A DNA stretch of 64,000 nucleotides, taken from positions 5,965 through 69,964 of the forward strand of contig NZ_JBMFGY010000005.1 in assembly GCF_049977125.1 (NCBI RefSeq). Reading direction: 5' to 3'. A program made the translations under genes and the position numbers. The notes below the pieces were generated by a model. It was not told where the DNA came from, ran no database searches, and was given only the letters and a program-made list of their open reading frames with translations. This document shows, piece by piece, positions 62,442 to 64,000 of the stretch (the stretch's first letter is position 1; each line of letters starts with the position of its first letter). The stretch comes from Acidiphilium sp. (GTDB lineage Bacteria > Pseudomonadota > Alphaproteobacteria > Acetobacterales > Acetobacteraceae).

Positions 62442-64000
62442 ATGGGTCTCGTTCACGAAATCGACTACGGCACCAAACCCTCCCAGTCCGAAAAACTGGT
62501 CGCCCTCATCATCGACGGCGTCGCCGTCAGCGTGCCCGAAGGCACCTCGGTGATGCGTGCCGCGATGGACATCGGCACCAAAATCCCCAAACTCTGCGCG
62601 ACCGACATGCTGGACAGTTTCGGCTCCTGCCGCCTCTGCCTGGTCGAAATCGAAGGCCGCGCCGGCACCCCCGCCTCCTGCACCACCCCGGTCGCCGAGG
62701 GCATGGTGGTCCACACCCAAAACGAGCGCCTCGGCAAAATCCGCCGCGGCGTCATGGAACTCTACATCTCGGACCACCCGCTCGACTGCCTGACCTGCTC
62801 GGCCAACGGCGATTGCGAATTACAGGCCATGGCCGGCGCGGTCGGCCTGCGCGATGTCCGCTACGGCTATGCCGGCGACAATCACCTCGACTCCGCCAAG
62901 GACGTCTCCAACCCCTATTTCCAGTTCGACCCCGCCAAATGCATCGTCTGCTCGCGCTGCGTGCGCGCGTGCGAGGAAGTCCAAGGCACTTTCGCCCTCA
63001 CCATCGCCGGCCGCGGTTTCGACTCCAAGGTCTCGCCGGGCATGGAGGAAAGCTTCTTCGACTCCGAATGCGTCTCCTGCGGCGCCTGCGTCCAGGCCTG
63101 CCCGACCGCGACGCTGATGGAAAAATCCGTCATCGACATCGGCCAGCCCGAACATTCCAAAGTCACCACCTGCGCCTATTGCGGCGTCGGCTGCTCGTTC
63201 AAGGTCGAAATGCGCGGCGAACAAATCGTCCGCATGGTCCCCTACAAGGACGGCAAGGCCAACCACGGCCATTCCTGCGTCAAGGGCCGCTTCGCCTGGG
63301 GCTACGCCACCCACCGCGACCGCATCACAAAGCCCATGATCCGCGCCCACATCAACGACCCCTGGCGCGAGGTCTCGTGGGACGAAGCGATCGCCCACAC
63401 CGCCTCCGAATTCAAGCGCATCCAGGCGAACTATGGCAAAAACGCCGTCGGCGCCATCACCTCCTCGCGCTGCACCAACGAGGAAACCTACCTGGTGCAG
63501 AAACTCGTCCGCGCCGTCTTCGGCAACAACAACACCGACACCTGTGCCCGCGTCTGCCACTCCCCCACCGGCTACGGCCTCAGCCAGACCTTCGGCACCT
63601 CCGCCGGCACCCAGGATTTCGACAGCGTCGAACACGCCGATGTCATGCTCCTGATCGGCGCGAACCCGACCGATGGCCATCCGGTGTTCGCCTCGCGCAT
63701 GAAAAAACGCCTCCGCGACGGCGCCAAACTCATCGTGATCGACCCGCGCCAAATCGATCTGGTGCGCACCCCGCATGTCGAGGCCGCGATCCATCTGCAA
63801 ATCCGCCCCGGCACCAACGTCGCCATCCTCACCGCACTCGCCCACGTCATCGTCACCGAAAACCTGGTCGATACCGATTACGTCCGCGAGCGCTGCGAGG
63901 CGGATGCCTTCGCCCATTGGGCCGAATTCGCAGCCCAGGACGCCAACAGCCCCGAAGCGACCGCCGCGATCACCGGCGCCGACCCGCACGCCGTCCGCGA
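62442..64000 (+). CDS. fdsA: NAD-dependent formate dehydrogenase alpha subunit (molybdopterin), 5'-partial in window
   Basis: This frame is open from the ATG at 62442 to the window end. It is absent from the ORF track because it has no stop. My translation reads MGLVHEIDYGTKPSQSEKLVALIIDGVAVSVPEGTSVMRAAMDIGTKIPKLCATDMLDSFGSCRLCLVEIEG... It has 2Fe-2S, CxxCxxCxxxC and CAYCGVGC clusters, plus TCARVCHSP, the Mo-ligand Cys context. Confidence 0.88.
   Translation, partial: MGLVHEIDYGTKPSQSEKLVALIIDGVAVSVPEGTSVMRAAMDIGTKIPKLCATDMLDSFGSCRLCLVEIEGRAGTPASCTTPVAEGMVVHTQNERLGKIRRGVMELYISDHPLDCLTCSANGDCELQAMAGAVGLRDVRYGYAGDNHLDSAKDVSNPYFQFDPAKCIVCSRCVRACEEVQGTFALTIAGRGFDSKVSPGMEESFFDSECVSCGACVQACPTATLMEKSVIDIGQPEHSKVTTCAYCGVGCSFKVEMRGEQIVRMVPYKDGKANHGHSCVKGRFAWGYATHRDRITKPMIRAHINDPWREVSWDEAIAHTASEFKRIQANYGKNAVGAITSSRCTNEETYLVQKLVRAVFGNNNTDTCARVCHSPTGYGLSQTFGTSAGTQDFDSVEHADVMLLIGANPTDGHPVFASRMKKRLRDGAKLIVIDPRQIDLVRTPHVEAAIHLQIRPGTNVAILTALAHVIVTENLVDTDYVRERCEADAFAHWAEFAAQDANSPEATAAITGADPHAVR

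Noticed and set aside
61767-63989. 336-aa and 389-aa minus-strand ORFs opposite fdsB/fdsA
   Set aside because: They are Gly/Ala/Asp-rich antisense translations of clearly coding plus-strand genes.
62442-64000. Selenocysteine recoding in the formate dehydrogenase alpha subunit
   Set aside because: The frame is open throughout with no in-frame TGA, and the active-site position is a TGC Cys.

Overview
High-GC alphaproteobacterial chromosome segment; the gene order resembles Rhodospirillales/Acetobacteraceae, but that placement is inference only. Positions 171-33005 are one long minus-strand block of core genes. It runs rnj-coaX-birA downstream of a complete 14-gene NADH:quinone oxidoreductase operon (nuoA-N). 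It continues with tRNA-Asp, tRNA-Val, HU, lon, clpX, clpP, tig, tRNA-Leu, a GDSL-esterase autotransporter, glnD and mutS. Positions 33-49 kb look accessory. They hold a large YfhO-like polytopic membrane protein and a membrane PAS-GGDEF-EAL protein whose N-terminal sensor module lies in a sharply AT-rich islet. That islet also carries a divergent FeeM/LuxI-like N-acyltransferase gene. The rest of the accessory region has gcdH coupled to a DEAD-box helicase, two tandem DUF563/GT61 paralogs, a SIMPL protein, a GT4 glycosyltransferase and gmd-rmd (GDP-D-rhamnose synthesis). Positions 49-64 kb return to core functions: a MarR/OmpR/EnvZ-like/GNAT operon, ilvE, DUF202, a Bcr/CflA transporter, a PuuD-like amidotransferase, a Gln-rich repeat protein, accD, folC, a Zn-ADH, a LysR regulator and fdsGBA (NAD-dependent formate dehydrogenase, cut by the window end). 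I saw no CRISPR array, rRNA, transposase or integrase. The best novelty candidates are the AT-rich islet at about 37.55-39.25 kb and the nested AT-rich palindrome that fills the nuoH-nuoI spacer. In the islet, a possibly foreign 6-TM sensor module is fused to a c-di-GMP enzyme next to an orphan acyl-signal-synthase-like gene. All functional calls come from motif recognition by eye. No database search was run. Many long antisense ORFs in the track are typical high-GC shadow ORFs.
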